29,971 nucleotides of DNA from Alphaproteobacteria bacterium (GCA_013151535.1 JAADIC010000155.1:1-29971); one strand, 5' to 3'. Counted from the stretch's first letter, positions 18,365 through 26,956 are shown. Numbers and translations: made by a program. The notes: a model not told the origin generated them from the sequence alone.

Positions 18365-20233
18365 TCAGGGGATTTGCCGGTGAACCGCATCGATCAGCGG
18401 CTGGTTGACGGTGATACCAGCCTCGTCGCGCAGGGCGGTGGTGAAAGCCTCGATCACATCATTGCCAAGCTGGGTGGAGAATTGCGCCGCCACATTGGCC
18501 AGAATGGTCTTGCTGGCTTCGGCCTTGGGATCAAACGGGGTGATTTTGGTGAGCTGGCTCAGCACCACCTGGGCGCTGTCCTCGATCACCTGAACGGCGT
18601 CAGGGTCAGCCTCAAAAACCGTGGTCACCAGATCGGCAGGGGCGTTTTCGGCCTGCTGATCGCGGCGCAAATCAACCTCGGCTTTCGCCACCAGCCCCAG
18701 ATCGGTGAAGGTTTCGCCAGCCCCCAGCCGGGCCTTATAGCTGTCTGCCAGCGCCAGCACTTGCCGACGGGTTTGCGCCGCTTTCCAATCGGTAATCACC
18801 TTATCCGTAACCTCGTCAAGCGGGATCAGGGCGGGGGGGGTGATGCTGTCCAGACGCAGGGCAAAGATACCGCCATCGCTTAGCATCAGCACTTCGGGAA
18901 AATCGCCTGTCTGGGCGGCCTCGGCCGTGGTGCGGAATGTGTCATAAGCGATGATGTCGCCCGGCTCACCGGTGTCACCCGCCACATATTTGAGGCTGGC
19001 AACATTCATGGCGGTTTCCGCCGCGATGTCTTCCAGCGATACCCCACCCGCCAGCAGATCGTCGATATTGGTCACGTCGTCCTGCACCACGCGCCGGGCC
19101 TGATCGGCCACATATTCGCGTTTCAGAACGGCTTTGGCGTCTTCAAAACTGGTGAATTGGGCCGCCAGAACCGCGTTCACACGAAACAATGCCGGCCCAA
19201 GCTCGGAGTCAACGGGGCCAACAACGCCGGGTTCACTGAGCAGAAAGACGGCCTTGCCCGCCGCATCCGAAAGATCGGCCTCTTCAACCTGTCCCATATC
19301 GACATCGGCAAGCGTCAGGCCGCGCGTGGCGACGATATCGCCGAAAATCTTGCTGCCCGAGGTGATCTGGTCAAGCGCATCCTGAGCTTCGGCCTCGGTG
19401 GCAAAAACCAAGCGATCAACGATGCGCCGGTCCGGCTTGTTGAAGCGCGTGTCCTGATCCTTATAAAGGCCCAGAAGCGTCTCGTCATCCACCTTGATCG
19501 TGTCATAAAGCATATCGGGCGTCAGCAGCACATAGGTGATGTTGCGAATTTCCGGCGCGGTGTAAGCCTCGGGAGCGGCCTTATATTGTTCGTCGATCTG
19601 GGCCGCATTCGGTTCGGGCACCGGCGCGTCCAGCAGGTTGGCATCAACCACCGCCCAGGAAAAATTGCGGGTTTCCCCGAGGTAGTTGAACAACGCCAAC
19701 CCGTAGGCGTCATCAGCATTAATGCCGCTGACTACGGCGGTTTGCAGCAGATTGCGCGCGGTGTCTTTGCGGATGCTGGCATCATAGCCAGAGGGGGTCA
19801 GGTTGGCCTGAGCCAGGGCGGATTCGTAGGCGATTTTATCAAATGAGCCAGACATGGCCTGAAAGGCCGGGGTCGCCAACAAGTTGGCCTTGACCCGTTC
19901 ATCCCCGACTGACAGGCCGATGCGGGCGTTTTCACCATCAAGGGCGGCGGTGTTCAGAACCGTGCTCATGACCTGGGCGTCAATACCAAAGGATAGCGCC
20001 TGCTCCAGCGTGATATTGGTGCCGAATTGCTGGGAAATACCGCGCAATTGCGCGCGCAGAACGGTGACATATTCATCCACCGTCACTTCCTGATCGCCCA
20101 CCGAGGCGATCGCCTGTGAGCCGCCCGAACCGACAGAGCGCACGCCAAATCCGGTCAGGGATATGACCAGCAGGCCCAGCAGGGCATAAATAACCATATT
20201 GTTCTTTTTCTTGGCGCGCAGCGGAGCGGACAT
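18365..20233 (-). CDS. ppiD: PpiD-like periplasmic chaperone / parvulin PPIase with SurA N-terminal domain
   Basis: Basic N-terminus plus one TM (LGLLVISLTGFG), IASVGDQEVT, rotamase-like GVVGPVDSELG. Start MSAPLRAKKK at ATG 20233. Confidence 0.9.
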   Translation of the reverse strand: MSAPLRAKKKNNMVIYALLGLLVISLTGFGVRSVGSGGSQAIASVGDQEVTVDEYVTVLRAQLRGISQQFGTNITLEQALSFGIDAQVMSTVLNTAALDGENARIGLSVGDERVKANLLATPAFQAMSGSFDKIAYESALAQANLTPSGYDASIRKDTARNLLQTAVVSGINADDAYGLALFNYLGETRNFSWAVVDANLLDAPVPEPNAAQIDEQYKAAPEAYTAPEIRNITYVLLTPDMLYDTIKVDDETLLGLYKDQDTRFNKPDRRIVDRLVFATEAEAQDALDQITSGSKIFGDIVATRGLTLADVDMGQVEEADLSDAAGKAVFLLSEPGVVGPVDSELGPALFRVNAVLAAQFTSFEDAKAVLKREYVADQARRVVQDDVTNIDDLLAGGVSLEDIAAETAMNVASLKYVAGDTGEPGDIIAYDTFRTTAEAAQTGDFPEVLMLSDGGIFALRLDSITPPALIPLDEVTDKVITDWKAAQTRRQVLALADSYKARLGAGETFTDLGLVAKAEVDLRRDQQAENAPADLVTTVFEADPDAVQVIEDSAQVVLSQLTKITPFDPKAEASKTILANVAAQFSTQLGNDVIEAFTTALRDEAGITVNQPLIDAVHRQIP

Positions 20234-20266
20234 GTATCGGCCTTTCGTCACTTGAATTTTGCAGGA

Positions 20267-20295
20267 GTATTAGGGCCAAGGCGCGCCCGACACAA
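20267..20295 (-). promoter_or_regulatory. Predicted promoter of ppiD-trpE
   Basis: Minus strand (C)TTGTGT-N17-TAATAC. The CTTG...CCCTAATA context is also compatible with RpoH. Confidence 0.5.
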
Positions 20296-20302
20296 GAGAG
20301 GG

Positions 20303-20330
20303 CTTGGCGGCAATCCGGCTTGTCGCCAAG
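20303..20330. terminator. 11-bp stem-loop just upstream of the ppiD promoter
   Basis: CTTGGCGGCAA-TCCGGC-TTGTCGCCAAG (one G-U pair). No clear U-tract. Confidence 0.35.
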
Positions 20331-20349
20331 AAGTGATGCTTTGTGGTCT

Positions 20350-20460
20350 TTAGAGCTAATCCAATCCAGTTGAATTCACCCATCGAGCTGAGCGCGCTTG
20401 GAAATACAAACGCTGCCTCGGGCCGATGGGTGATTACCTGAATCCAAAATGATTGCTTTC
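20350..20460. mobile_element. Degenerate palindromic MITE/REP-like element
   Basis: TTAGAGC...GCTTTC imperfect termini, perfect internal arms TCACCCATCG (20376-20385) / CGATGGGTGA (20424-20433), nested inner stem, no ORF. Resembles interspersed repeats I recall from Roseobacter-group genomes (not verified by search). Confidence 0.5.
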
Positions 20461-20545
20461 GTTCAAAATGTGGTTTTTGATGCGGCGATTAGTCTGGCGA
20501 ATGTCCAAAATAATCGTTGACTTATTCGTGTGCCTGAACTTGCTT

Positions 20546-20664
20546 CGCTAGCCCGCTAGCCCGCTAGCCCGCTAGCCCGCTAGCCCGCTAGCCCGCTAGC
20601 CCGCTAGCCCGCTAGCCCGCTAGCCCGCTACCCGCTAGCCCGCTAGCCCGCTAGCCCGCTAGCC
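20546..20664 (-). repeat. 15-copy tandem array of an 8-bp unit (CGCTAGCC on +, GGGCTAGC rotation on -)
   Basis: 14 perfect units plus one 7-bp unit (20626-20632, CGCTACC); 119 bp in total. The unit at 20657-20664 contains the TAG stop of the ICL-family gene. Confidence 0.98.
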
Positions 20665-21474
20665 CAGCATTTTATCGGTGATACTGGCGGGCAATGTTCC
20701 GGCCAGCGGACTGAAATCGCCGCAATCGAACATGGCTTGTCCGGCGTCATAAATCGCGCGGTGGGTCAGGCGGGCCAAGGCGGCCCCAAGGCTGATCCGT
20801 GCCACACCAAGGGCGGCGAACTGCGCGCGACTGGTTCTGGCGTAAGGGCCGGCGGCCAGGGCGTTGATCGGGGCCTTGATCTCGGTGCAGATGCGCCTGA
20901 GGTCGGCCATGGTTTTCGGGAGCGGCGCATAAAGGCAGTCAGCCCCGGCGGCTTCAAAGGCCTTGAGGCGCTTCATGGTTTCCTCGATGTCGTATTGACC
21001 TTGCAGGATGCCATCGGCGCGCGCCACCAGCACGAAATCACGCGGTAAGGCGCGGGCCGCATCAACCGCGGCGCGGATACGTTCAACCGCCAGATCAAAA
21101 TCATAGGCGCAGTCGGCGGGCAGGGCGGTGTCCTCGATGGAAATACCGGCCAATCCGGCCTCGGCTGCCAGCCGCACGGTTTGCGCGCAAGTTTCCGGTG
21201 CTTCGCCAAAGCCGTTTTCAAAGTCGCCCGAGACCGGCAGGTTTGTGGCTACCACCAGATCGGCAGCGTGGGCCAGCGCCTCGTCGCGGCTGAGGGTTCC
21301 CTGATCGGGGCGGCCAAGGGTGAAGGCCTGCGCGCCAGAGGAGGTGCCAATCGCCTGCGCCCCAAGTGCCGCCAGCATTTTGGCGCTGCCCTGATCCCAT
21401 GCATTGGCAAGGATGAATGGATTGCCGGGTTGGTGCAGGGCGCGAAACGCCGGGCCGGGGTCGTGTCTGGGCAT
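20659..21474 (-). CDS. Isocitrate lyase / PEP mutase family protein
   Basis: ANAWDQGSAK, GDFENGFG, GISIED, LVARADG, AGADCLYAP, RISLG. Lacks the K-x-C-G-H loop of ICL/PrpB. Confidence 0.88.
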   Translation of the reverse strand: MPRHDPGPAFRALHQPGNPFILANAWDQGSAKMLAALGAQAIGTSSGAQAFTLGRPDQGTLSRDEALAHAADLVVATNLPVSGDFENGFGEAPETCAQTVRLAAEAGLAGISIEDTALPADCAYDFDLAVERIRAAVDAARALPRDFVLVARADGILQGQYDIEETMKRLKAFEAAGADCLYAPLPKTMADLRRICTEIKAPINALAAGPYARTSRAQFAALGVARISLGAALARLTHRAIYDAGQAMFDCGDFSPLAGTLPASITDKMLG

Positions 21475-21496
21475 GGGTTTTCCTTTTCAAAACCGA

Positions 21497-21546
21497 GGGG
21501 CTGTCTGCCCCCCGCACCCCCCGAGGGTATTTGCGCCACAAGGAAG
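21497..21546. repeat. Short intergenic REP-like element (GGGGCTGTCTGCCCCCCGCACCCCCCGAGGGTATTTGCGCCACAAGGAAG)
   Basis: GGGGC-TGTCT-GCCCC hairpin, C-runs and a ...GGGTATTT...AAGGAAG tail. Resembles a repeat family I recall from Rhodobacteraceae intergenic spaces; single copy in the window. Confidence 0.5.
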
Positions 21547-21551
21547 GGTGA

Positions 21552-22724
21552 TTAGGTGATCTTACTTTGGGCAAAGGTTGCCAGCCGCTTCAAAGCGTCC
21601 ACAAATCGGCTGTCCTCAACCGTCATCGCCACCCGAATATGGCCCGCAGCGGCTTTGCCGAAACTTTCGCCGGGCATGACGGCGATCATTTCGGCCTCCA
21701 GCAGGGCCAGCGCGAAGTCTTCGCCGCTCAAACCGGTGGCGCGGATATCGAGCATCAGATACATCGCACCGGACGAGGGCACCGTATGCAGGGCGTTCAC
21801 GCCTTTGAGTGCCTCTTGCGCCAGCGCGCGACGGCGGCGGAATACTTCGCCGACGCGTTTTTCCAGCGGATCACCCTGCTCAAGCGCGAACAGGGCGGCG
21901 GCCTGAATAAAGCCCGGCACGCCGTAGGTGGTGCAGGTCGACAGATCAATCAGCTTGGTGATGACGTCTTTCGGGGCGACGATCCAGCCAACGCGGCTGC
22001 CGGTCATGGCGTGGCTTTTGGACATGGAGCCGACCACCAGCGTGCGCTCGGCCATATGCGGCTGTGCGCGCGGTGTCAGATGTTCGCCAGTCCACACTTG
22101 TGTGTCATAAACTTCGTCTGAAATCAGCCACAGGTCATTCGCGCGCACCACATCGCAGATCATTTCGATTGTTTCGCGTGAATAAACCACACCGCTTGGA
22201 TTGTTGGGCGAATTCATCAGCAGCGACCGCGCACCCTTTGCATGCGCCTCAAGCTCGGCCCGTGTCGGTTGGAAATCGTTCTCGGGGCTGGTCTGGATCG
22301 GCAAATCAATCGCCCCTGCAGCGCGCAGAGTGCCGGGATAGGTGGCATAGTAAGGGTCAAGATAAAGCGCGGTGTCACCGGGGTTCAGCACAGCGGTATG
22401 GGTGGCAAACAGCGCCGCCTGACCGCCCGGGGTGACGATAATGTTCTCGAAACTGGTCTCAACCCCCGTGCGGGTTTGCACCCGCGTCGCAATCGCCTCG
22501 CGCAGGGGCTGCATGCCGGGCACGATGGCGTAACCGGTGTTGCCGGCCATGGCGCTGTCATACATCGCGGTCAGGATTGGTTCTTCGGTTTTGATGTCAT
22601 GCTCGCCAATCGTCAGTTCGATCACGTCCTCACCCGCATCTTTCATGGCGCGGGCTTTGTAAAACACATCCCAGCCATCGCTGCCGCCTTTGGTGATATT
22701 GGTGATCCGGTTGGAAAGTTTCAT
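21552..22724 (-). CDS. PLP-dependent aminotransferase class I/II (aspartate aminotransferase-like)
   Basis: LTIGEHD, TPGGQAALF, NSPNNPSG, LISDEVY, SMSKSHAMTGSRVGW (PLP lysine), PGESFG. Start MKLSNR at ATG 22724 behind AAGGA. Confidence 0.95.
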   Translation of the reverse strand: MKLSNRITNITKGGSDGWDVFYKARAMKDAGEDVIELTIGEHDIKTEEPILTAMYDSAMAGNTGYAIVPGMQPLREAIATRVQTRTGVETSFENIIVTPGGQAALFATHTAVLNPGDTALYLDPYYATYPGTLRAAGAIDLPIQTSPENDFQPTRAELEAHAKGARSLLMNSPNNPSGVVYSRETIEMICDVVRANDLWLISDEVYDTQVWTGEHLTPRAQPHMAERTLVVGSMSKSHAMTGSRVGWIVAPKDVITKLIDLSTCTTYGVPGFIQAAALFALEQGDPLEKRVGEVFRRRRALAQEALKGVNALHTVPSSGAMYLMLDIRATGLSGEDFALALLEAEMIAVMPGESFGKAAAGHIRVAMTVEDSRFVDALKRLATFAQSKIT

Positions 22725-22793
22725 GTGCCTGTTCCTTGATGTTATCGCGCAGACGGCATCATGATTCGGGGGCCAATGGCAAGGGGGGTGGGC

Positions 22794-22822
22794 TTGCAAA
22801 TCAGCGGGGCGGGCGATAGACG
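22794..22822 (+). promoter_or_regulatory. Predicted sigma70 promoter of the cysS-cimA operon
   Basis: TTGCAA-N17-TAGACG. The expected +1 falls at about 22829, the A of the leader-peptide ATG. Confidence 0.6.
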
Positions 22823-22828
22823 GGGCGC

Positions 22829-22873
22829 ATGAGAACCTGCACCCCCATTTGTGGCACCTGCATTATCTGCTGA
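22829..22873 (+). CDS. Putative leader peptide MRTCTPICGTCIIC (14 aa), apparently leaderless
   Basis: ATG AGA ACC TGC ACC CCC ATT TGT GGC ACC TGC ATT ATC TGC TGA. 4 Cys, 3 Ile and 3 Thr directly upstream of cysS-cimA. Below the ORF-track size cut-off. Confidence 0.75.
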   Translation: MRTCTPICGTCIIC

Positions 22874-22902
22874 AAATACTCAGCGGGCCGTTCTCTTGTT
22901 TT
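22831..22902 (+). promoter_or_regulatory. Attenuator-like RNA fold overlapping the leader peptide
   Basis: 3' arm TCAGCGG-GCC-GTTCTC (22880-22895) is complementary to CTGCTGA (22867-22873, includes the stop), GGC (22853-22855) and GAGAAC (22831-22836). It is followed by TTGTTTT (22896-22902). Confidence 0.55.
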
Positions 22903-22965
22903 CAAAACCATGACACAGTGATAGGCCTCGCCCAAGGGATTTGAGGGATAAACACGCGTGGAAAT

Positions 22966-25962
22966 ATGATGACCGAGATCAAGCTGTACAACACCAAGAC
23001 CCGCAAGAAAGAGCTGTTCACGCCACTGGATGCGAACGATGTGCGCATGTATGTCTGCGGCCCGACGGTGTATGACCGCGCCCATATCGGCAACGCGCGC
23101 CCGGTGGTGGTGTTTGACGTATTGTATCGGCTGTTGCGCCATGTGTATGAGGCGGAGCACGTCACCTATGCGCGCAATTTCACCGACGTGGATGACAAGA
23201 TCAACGCCAAGGCGGCCCAAACCGGGCGGTCTATTCGCGAGATCACGGATGAGACGATTGGCTGGTTTCTGGAAGACATGGGGGCATTGGGGGCGCTAGA
23301 GCCGGATAAGGCACCACGGGCGACCGAGTTTATTGCTGAGATGGTTGATATGATTGCGGAGCTGATTACGTCCGGCCACGCTTACGAGGCTGAAGGGCAT
23401 GTGCTGTTTGATGTGACGTCTTACGAGAAATATGGCTCACTTTCGGGCCGCTCAATCGACGATATGATCGCAGGCGCGCGGGTTGAAGTTGCGCCCTACA
23501 AACGAAATCCGATGGATTTTGTCATGTGGAAGCCGAGTGTCGGCGATCAACCGGGCTGGAAAAGCCCTTGGGGTTACGGCCGCCCGGGCTGGCATATTGA
23601 ATGTTCCGCCATGACCAAAGCGATCTTTGGCGAACGGTTCGACATCCACGGCGGCGGTCTTGATCTGGCCTTTCCGCACCACGAAAACGAAAAGGCGCAG
23701 AGCTGTTGTACGACGGGTGAGGATAGCTTTGCGCAGGTGTGGATGCATAACGAGATGTTGCAGGTTGAGGGCAAGAAAATGTCCAAGAGCTTGGGCAATT
23801 TCTTTTCGGTGCGGGAGTTGTTGTATCAGGGGGTGCCGGGCGATGTTATTAGGTTTGTGTTTTTGAGTACGCATTACCGCAAGCCGATGGACTGGACGGA
23901 GAAGAAGGCGAAGGAGGCAGAGGCGACGCTGCTAGGATGGAGAGCTTTAGTGAACTCTCAAATTGAAGACGTATCAACGGATATTGAAGGGAAAGTTCCT
24001 CCACCTGAAATAATTTGTGCGCTTGCGGACAACTTAAACACTTCATTGGCATTGAAGAATGTGAACGATTTTGCAAAAAGGGCCAAAAATGGAAGCGTTG
24101 GCGAAGCACGCGCTTTGGCCGAGGCAATGGCCTTCCTTGGGTTCGATCCATCTTGGGCGGGGGCATTTAGTGAGCTGCCGAGAATCGGAGTACCCAGCAA
24201 TTGTGACCCCAATACAATCGTTATCGTTGAGGACCTTTTGACACAAAGAAACGAAGCACGCAAAAAGGGCAATTTTAAGAGAGCGGACGCTTTAAGAGAT
24301 GGCTTCGCTGCACGCGTTTGCCGGAATGTTACGATGACCAAACAACACCTCTCCCTCTTCGACACTACCTTACGCGATGGCCAACAAACCCAAGGTGTTG
24401 ACTTCACCGCAGAAGACAAGACCCGCATCGCTTTGGCGCTCGACACACTCGGCCTTGATTATGTCGAAGGCGGCTGGCCGGGGGCGAACCCGACCGACAG
24501 CGACTTTTTCGACAATGCGCCCGCCCTCAAGACTGCCACTTTCACCGCTTTTGGCATGACAAAACGCGCCGGGCGTTCGGCGGAAAACGATGATGTGCTG
24601 GCGGCTGTTTTGAACGCCAATACCCCTGCGGTATGTCTTGTTGGCAAGACGCATGACTTTCATGTCACCACGGCGCTGGGCATCAGCTTGCCGGAAAACC
24701 TCGCCAATATCGCGCAGTCTTTCGCCCATATCAGCGCCCAAAATCGTGAGCCTTTGTTTGACGCCGAGCACTTCTTTGACGGCTACAAAGCCAATCCCGA
24801 TTACGCGCTGGAATGTCTGCACGCGGCTTATGACAACCACGCCAACTGGGTGGTTCTGTGCGATACCAATGGCGGAACCCTGCCGCATGAAATCCACGAA
24901 ATCACCAAGGCGGTGATCGCCAGCGGCATTCCGGGCGAGCATCTGGGCATTCACACCCATGATGATACCGGCCACGCCATTGCCAATTCACTGGCGGCTG
25001 TGATGGCCGGGGCGCGCCAGATTCAAGGCACGCTGAACGGGCTGGGCGAGCGCTGTGGCAACGCCAATCTTATCAGCCTGATCCCGACATTGATGTTGAA
25101 AGACCCCTCCGCCAGCCAGTTTGAAATCGGCGTGACCGAAGACGGCCTGCAATCCCTGACCAAGCTCAGCCGCATGCTCGACGACATCCTGAACCGTGTG
25201 CCCAACAAAACCACGCCCTATGTCGGGGCCAGCGCATTCGCCCATAAGGCCGGGCTGCATGCCAGTGCGATTGTCAAGGATCCCAGCACTTACGAGCATG
25301 TGGAACCCGATACGGTTGGCAATGAACGCGTTATTCCGATGTCAAATCAGGCCGGTCAGAGCAACCTGCGCCGCCGTCTGGAGGATGCTGGGATTGCGGT
25401 TGAAAAAGGCGATCAGCGGTTGGCCAATATCCTGAACGAGGTCAAAGCGCGCGAGGATCGCGGCTATGCCTATGACACCGCGCAGGCCAGTTTTGAGCTG
25501 ATCGCGCGGCGTGAGCTTGGCCTGCTGCCCGAGTTTTTCGAGGTCAAGCGTTACCGCGTCACGGTGGAGCGGCGACGCAACAAGCGCAATGAGGCTGTGA
25601 CCCTGTCCGAGGCGGTGGTGGCAGTGAAAATCGCCGGTCAAAAGGTGCTTTCGGTGTCCGACAGTCTGGATCTGAATGGCAAGGATAGCGGGCCGGTGAA
25701 CGCGTTGTCCAAGGCCCTCTCGAAAGATCTGGGGCCATATCAGGCCTGTATTGACGACATGAAACTGGTCGATTTCCGGGTGCGGATCACCGGTGGTGGC
25801 ACTGCAGCGGTGACGCGTGTTATCATCGACAGCGAGGACGGGCAGGGGCGGCGCTGGTCGACCGTGGGCGTGTCCGCGAACATCGTGGATGCCTCGTTCG
25901 AGGCGCTGCTGGATGCGATTATCTGGAAGCTGATCCGCGACGATCAAAAGGTGGCCCAATGA
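22966..25962 (+). CDS. cysS: Single 998-aa ORF: cysteine--tRNA ligase (about aa 1-456) fused in frame to citramalate synthase
   Basis: [60 protein letters not shown], then [17 protein letters not shown] continuing into MTKQHL with no stop. Start 22966 or 22969. Confidence 0.9.
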   Translation: MMTEIKLYNTKTRKKELFTPLDANDVRMYVCGPTVYDRAHIGNARPVVVFDVLYRLLRHVYEAEHVTYARNFTDVDDKINAKAAQTGRSIREITDETIGWFLEDMGALGALEPDKAPRATEFIAEMVDMIAELITSGHAYEAEGHVLFDVTSYEKYGSLSGRSIDDMIAGARVEVAPYKRNPMDFVMWKPSVGDQPGWKSPWGYGRPGWHIECSAMTKAIFGERFDIHGGGLDLAFPHHENEKAQSCCTTGEDSFAQVWMHNEMLQVEGKKMSKSLGNFFSVRELLYQGVPGDVIRFVFLSTHYRKPMDWTEKKAKEAEATLLGWRALVNSQIEDVSTDIEGKVPPPEIICALADNLNTSLALKNVNDFAKRAKNGSVGEARALAEAMAFLGFDPSWAGAFSELPRIGVPSNCDPNTIVIVEDLLTQRNEARKKGNFKRADALRDGFAARVCRNVTMTKQHLSLFDTTLRDGQQTQGVDFTAEDKTRIALALDTLGLDYVEGGWPGANPTDSDFFDNAPALKTATFTAFGMTKRAGRSAENDDVLAAVLNANTPAVCLVGKTHDFHVTTALGISLPENLANIAQSFAHISAQNREPLFDAEHFFDGYKANPDYALECLHAAYDNHANWVVLCDTNGGTLPHEIHEITKAVIASGIPGEHLGIHTHDDTGHAIANSLAAVMAGARQIQGTLNGLGERCGNANLISLIPTLMLKDPSASQFEIGVTEDGLQSLTKLSRMLDDILNRVPNKTTPYVGASAFAHKAGLHASAIVKDPSTYEHVEPDTVGNERVIPMSNQAGQSNLRRRLEDAGIAVEKGDQRLANILNEVKAREDRGYAYDTAQASFELIARRELGLLPEFFEVKRYRVTVERRRNKRNEAVTLSEAVVAVKIAGQKVLSVSDSLDLNGKDSGPVNALSKALSKDLGPYQACIDDMKLVDFRVRITGGGTAAVTRVIIDSEDGQGRRWSTVGVSANIVDASFEALLDAIIWKLIRDDQKVAQ
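24334..25962 (+). CDS. cimA: Citramalate synthase moiety (542 aa, LeuA-type), retains its own in-frame ATG
   Basis: [72 protein letters not shown]-terminal regulatory domain GPVNAL...[10 protein letters not shown]. Confidence 0.93.
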   Translation: MTKQHLSLFDTTLRDGQQTQGVDFTAEDKTRIALALDTLGLDYVEGGWPGANPTDSDFFDNAPALKTATFTAFGMTKRAGRSAENDDVLAAVLNANTPAVCLVGKTHDFHVTTALGISLPENLANIAQSFAHISAQNREPLFDAEHFFDGYKANPDYALECLHAAYDNHANWVVLCDTNGGTLPHEIHEITKAVIASGIPGEHLGIHTHDDTGHAIANSLAAVMAGARQIQGTLNGLGERCGNANLISLIPTLMLKDPSASQFEIGVTEDGLQSLTKLSRMLDDILNRVPNKTTPYVGASAFAHKAGLHASAIVKDPSTYEHVEPDTVGNERVIPMSNQAGQSNLRRRLEDAGIAVEKGDQRLANILNEVKAREDRGYAYDTAQASFELIARRELGLLPEFFEVKRYRVTVERRRNKRNEAVTLSEAVVAVKIAGQKVLSVSDSLDLNGKDSGPVNALSKALSKDLGPYQACIDDMKLVDFRVRITGGGTAAVTRVIIDSEDGQGRRWSTVGVSANIVDASFEALLDAIIWKLIRDDQKVAQ

Positions 25963-26951
25963 AGTGGATCAGGAAAATTCTGAACGCAGTGGCGATTTCG
26001 CTGGTGATCTATTTCGCCATCGCTTTTGGCCTGGTCTATTCCCAAAGCCCGACCCAATTGACCGGCGAGGGCGGGCTTGATTTCAGCGCCGTGGCGGGCG
26101 TTGACACCCGCGAACCGGCGTCACTTGAGCCTTATGCAACCCGAAACGGCAGAGTTCTGACGGCGCGGCATTATCCGTCCGGGCGCAAGGATGCGCCGAT
26201 GCTGGTGCTGGTGCATGGCTCGGGCTGGCATGGCTTGCAATTTGACGCTTTGGCGCGAAAACTGTCGGCGCGCGCCGATGTGATCGTGCCCGATCTGCGC
26301 GGCCACGGGGCCAATCCGGCCCGCCGTGGTGACGTGGATTACATTGGCCAGCTCGAGGATGATCTGGCCGATCTGATTAAAGAATACCGCCGCAAGGGGC
26401 AGTATATCATTCTGGCGGGTCATTCCTCGGGCGGGGGGCTGGTGGTGCGGTTTTCGGGTGGCAAAAACCGCTATCTGATCGACGGCGCGGTGCTGCTGGC
26501 GCCGTTCCTGAAGTATAATGCGCCAACCACGCGGGAAAACTCCGGCGGCTGGGCGCAGCCGATGGTGCGGCGTATCATTGGCCTTTCGATGCTGAACAAT
26601 TTTAACATCACCGGCTGGAATGATCTGCCGGTGATCCAGTTCAACTTTCCCAATTCGGTGCTGTTTGGCCCACTGGGGGCGACCGCAACCATCTATTACA
26701 GTTACCGGATGAACACCTCGTTCGCACCGCGCCCGGACTATCTGAAAGACGTGGCCGCGCTGCCGAAATTCCTGCTGATTGCCGGGACCGAGGACGAAGC
26801 CTTTTTCGCCGAACGCTATGAGCCGGTGATGAGCGAGGCAACCGATAAGGGCCAATACCGGCTAGTCACCGGTGTGTCGCATCTGGGTATCGTGGACGCG
26901 CCAGCAACTGCGAAAGCGATGCTGGATTTCATTGATGCCATTGCGGATTAG
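25959..26951 (+). CDS. Membrane-anchored or exported alpha/beta hydrolase
   Basis: N-terminal TM, LVHGSGW oxyanion motif, PDLRGHG, nucleophile GHSSGG, GTEDE and GVSH triad candidates. ATGA overlap with the cimA stop. Confidence 0.88.
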   Translation: MKWIRKILNAVAISLVIYFAIAFGLVYSQSPTQLTGEGGLDFSAVAGVDTREPASLEPYATRNGRVLTARHYPSGRKDAPMLVLVHGSGWHGLQFDALARKLSARADVIVPDLRGHGANPARRGDVDYIGQLEDDLADLIKEYRRKGQYIILAGHSSGGGLVVRFSGGKNRYLIDGAVLLAPFLKYNAPTTRENSGGWAQPMVRRIIGLSMLNNFNITGWNDLPVIQFNFPNSVLFGPLGATATIYYSYRMNTSFAPRPDYLKDVAALPKFLLIAGTEDEAFFAERYEPVMSEATDKGQYRLVTGVSHLGIVDAPATAKAMLDFIDAIAD

Positions 26952-26956
26952 ACCTC

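Noticed and set aside
20449-20520. 23-codon ORF MIAFVQNVVFDAAISLANVQNNR* between the MITE-like element and the octamer array
   Set aside because: No RBS or promoter, and the start lies inside the decayed repeat end.
20546-20664. Octamer arrays as CRISPR or iteron arrays
   Set aside because: Units are contiguous 8-mers with no spacers, and there are no cas or rep genes in the window.
22768-22825. Six G-tracts on the + strand (possible G-quadruplex) in the aminotransferase/cysS divergent promoter
   Set aside because: Mostly upstream of the predicted TSS and overlapping the promoter spacer. Loops are long, and nothing beyond GC richness supports it.
22801-23220. 139-aa minus-strand ORF overlapping the cysS 5' end and leader
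   Set aside because: Antisense shadow of cysS with no recognisable domain or RBS.
1216-24333. Three aminoacyl-tRNA-related genes (mprF, gltX, cysS) in one window
   Set aside because: Far apart, in separate transcription units; gltX and cysS are in their usual neighbourhoods.
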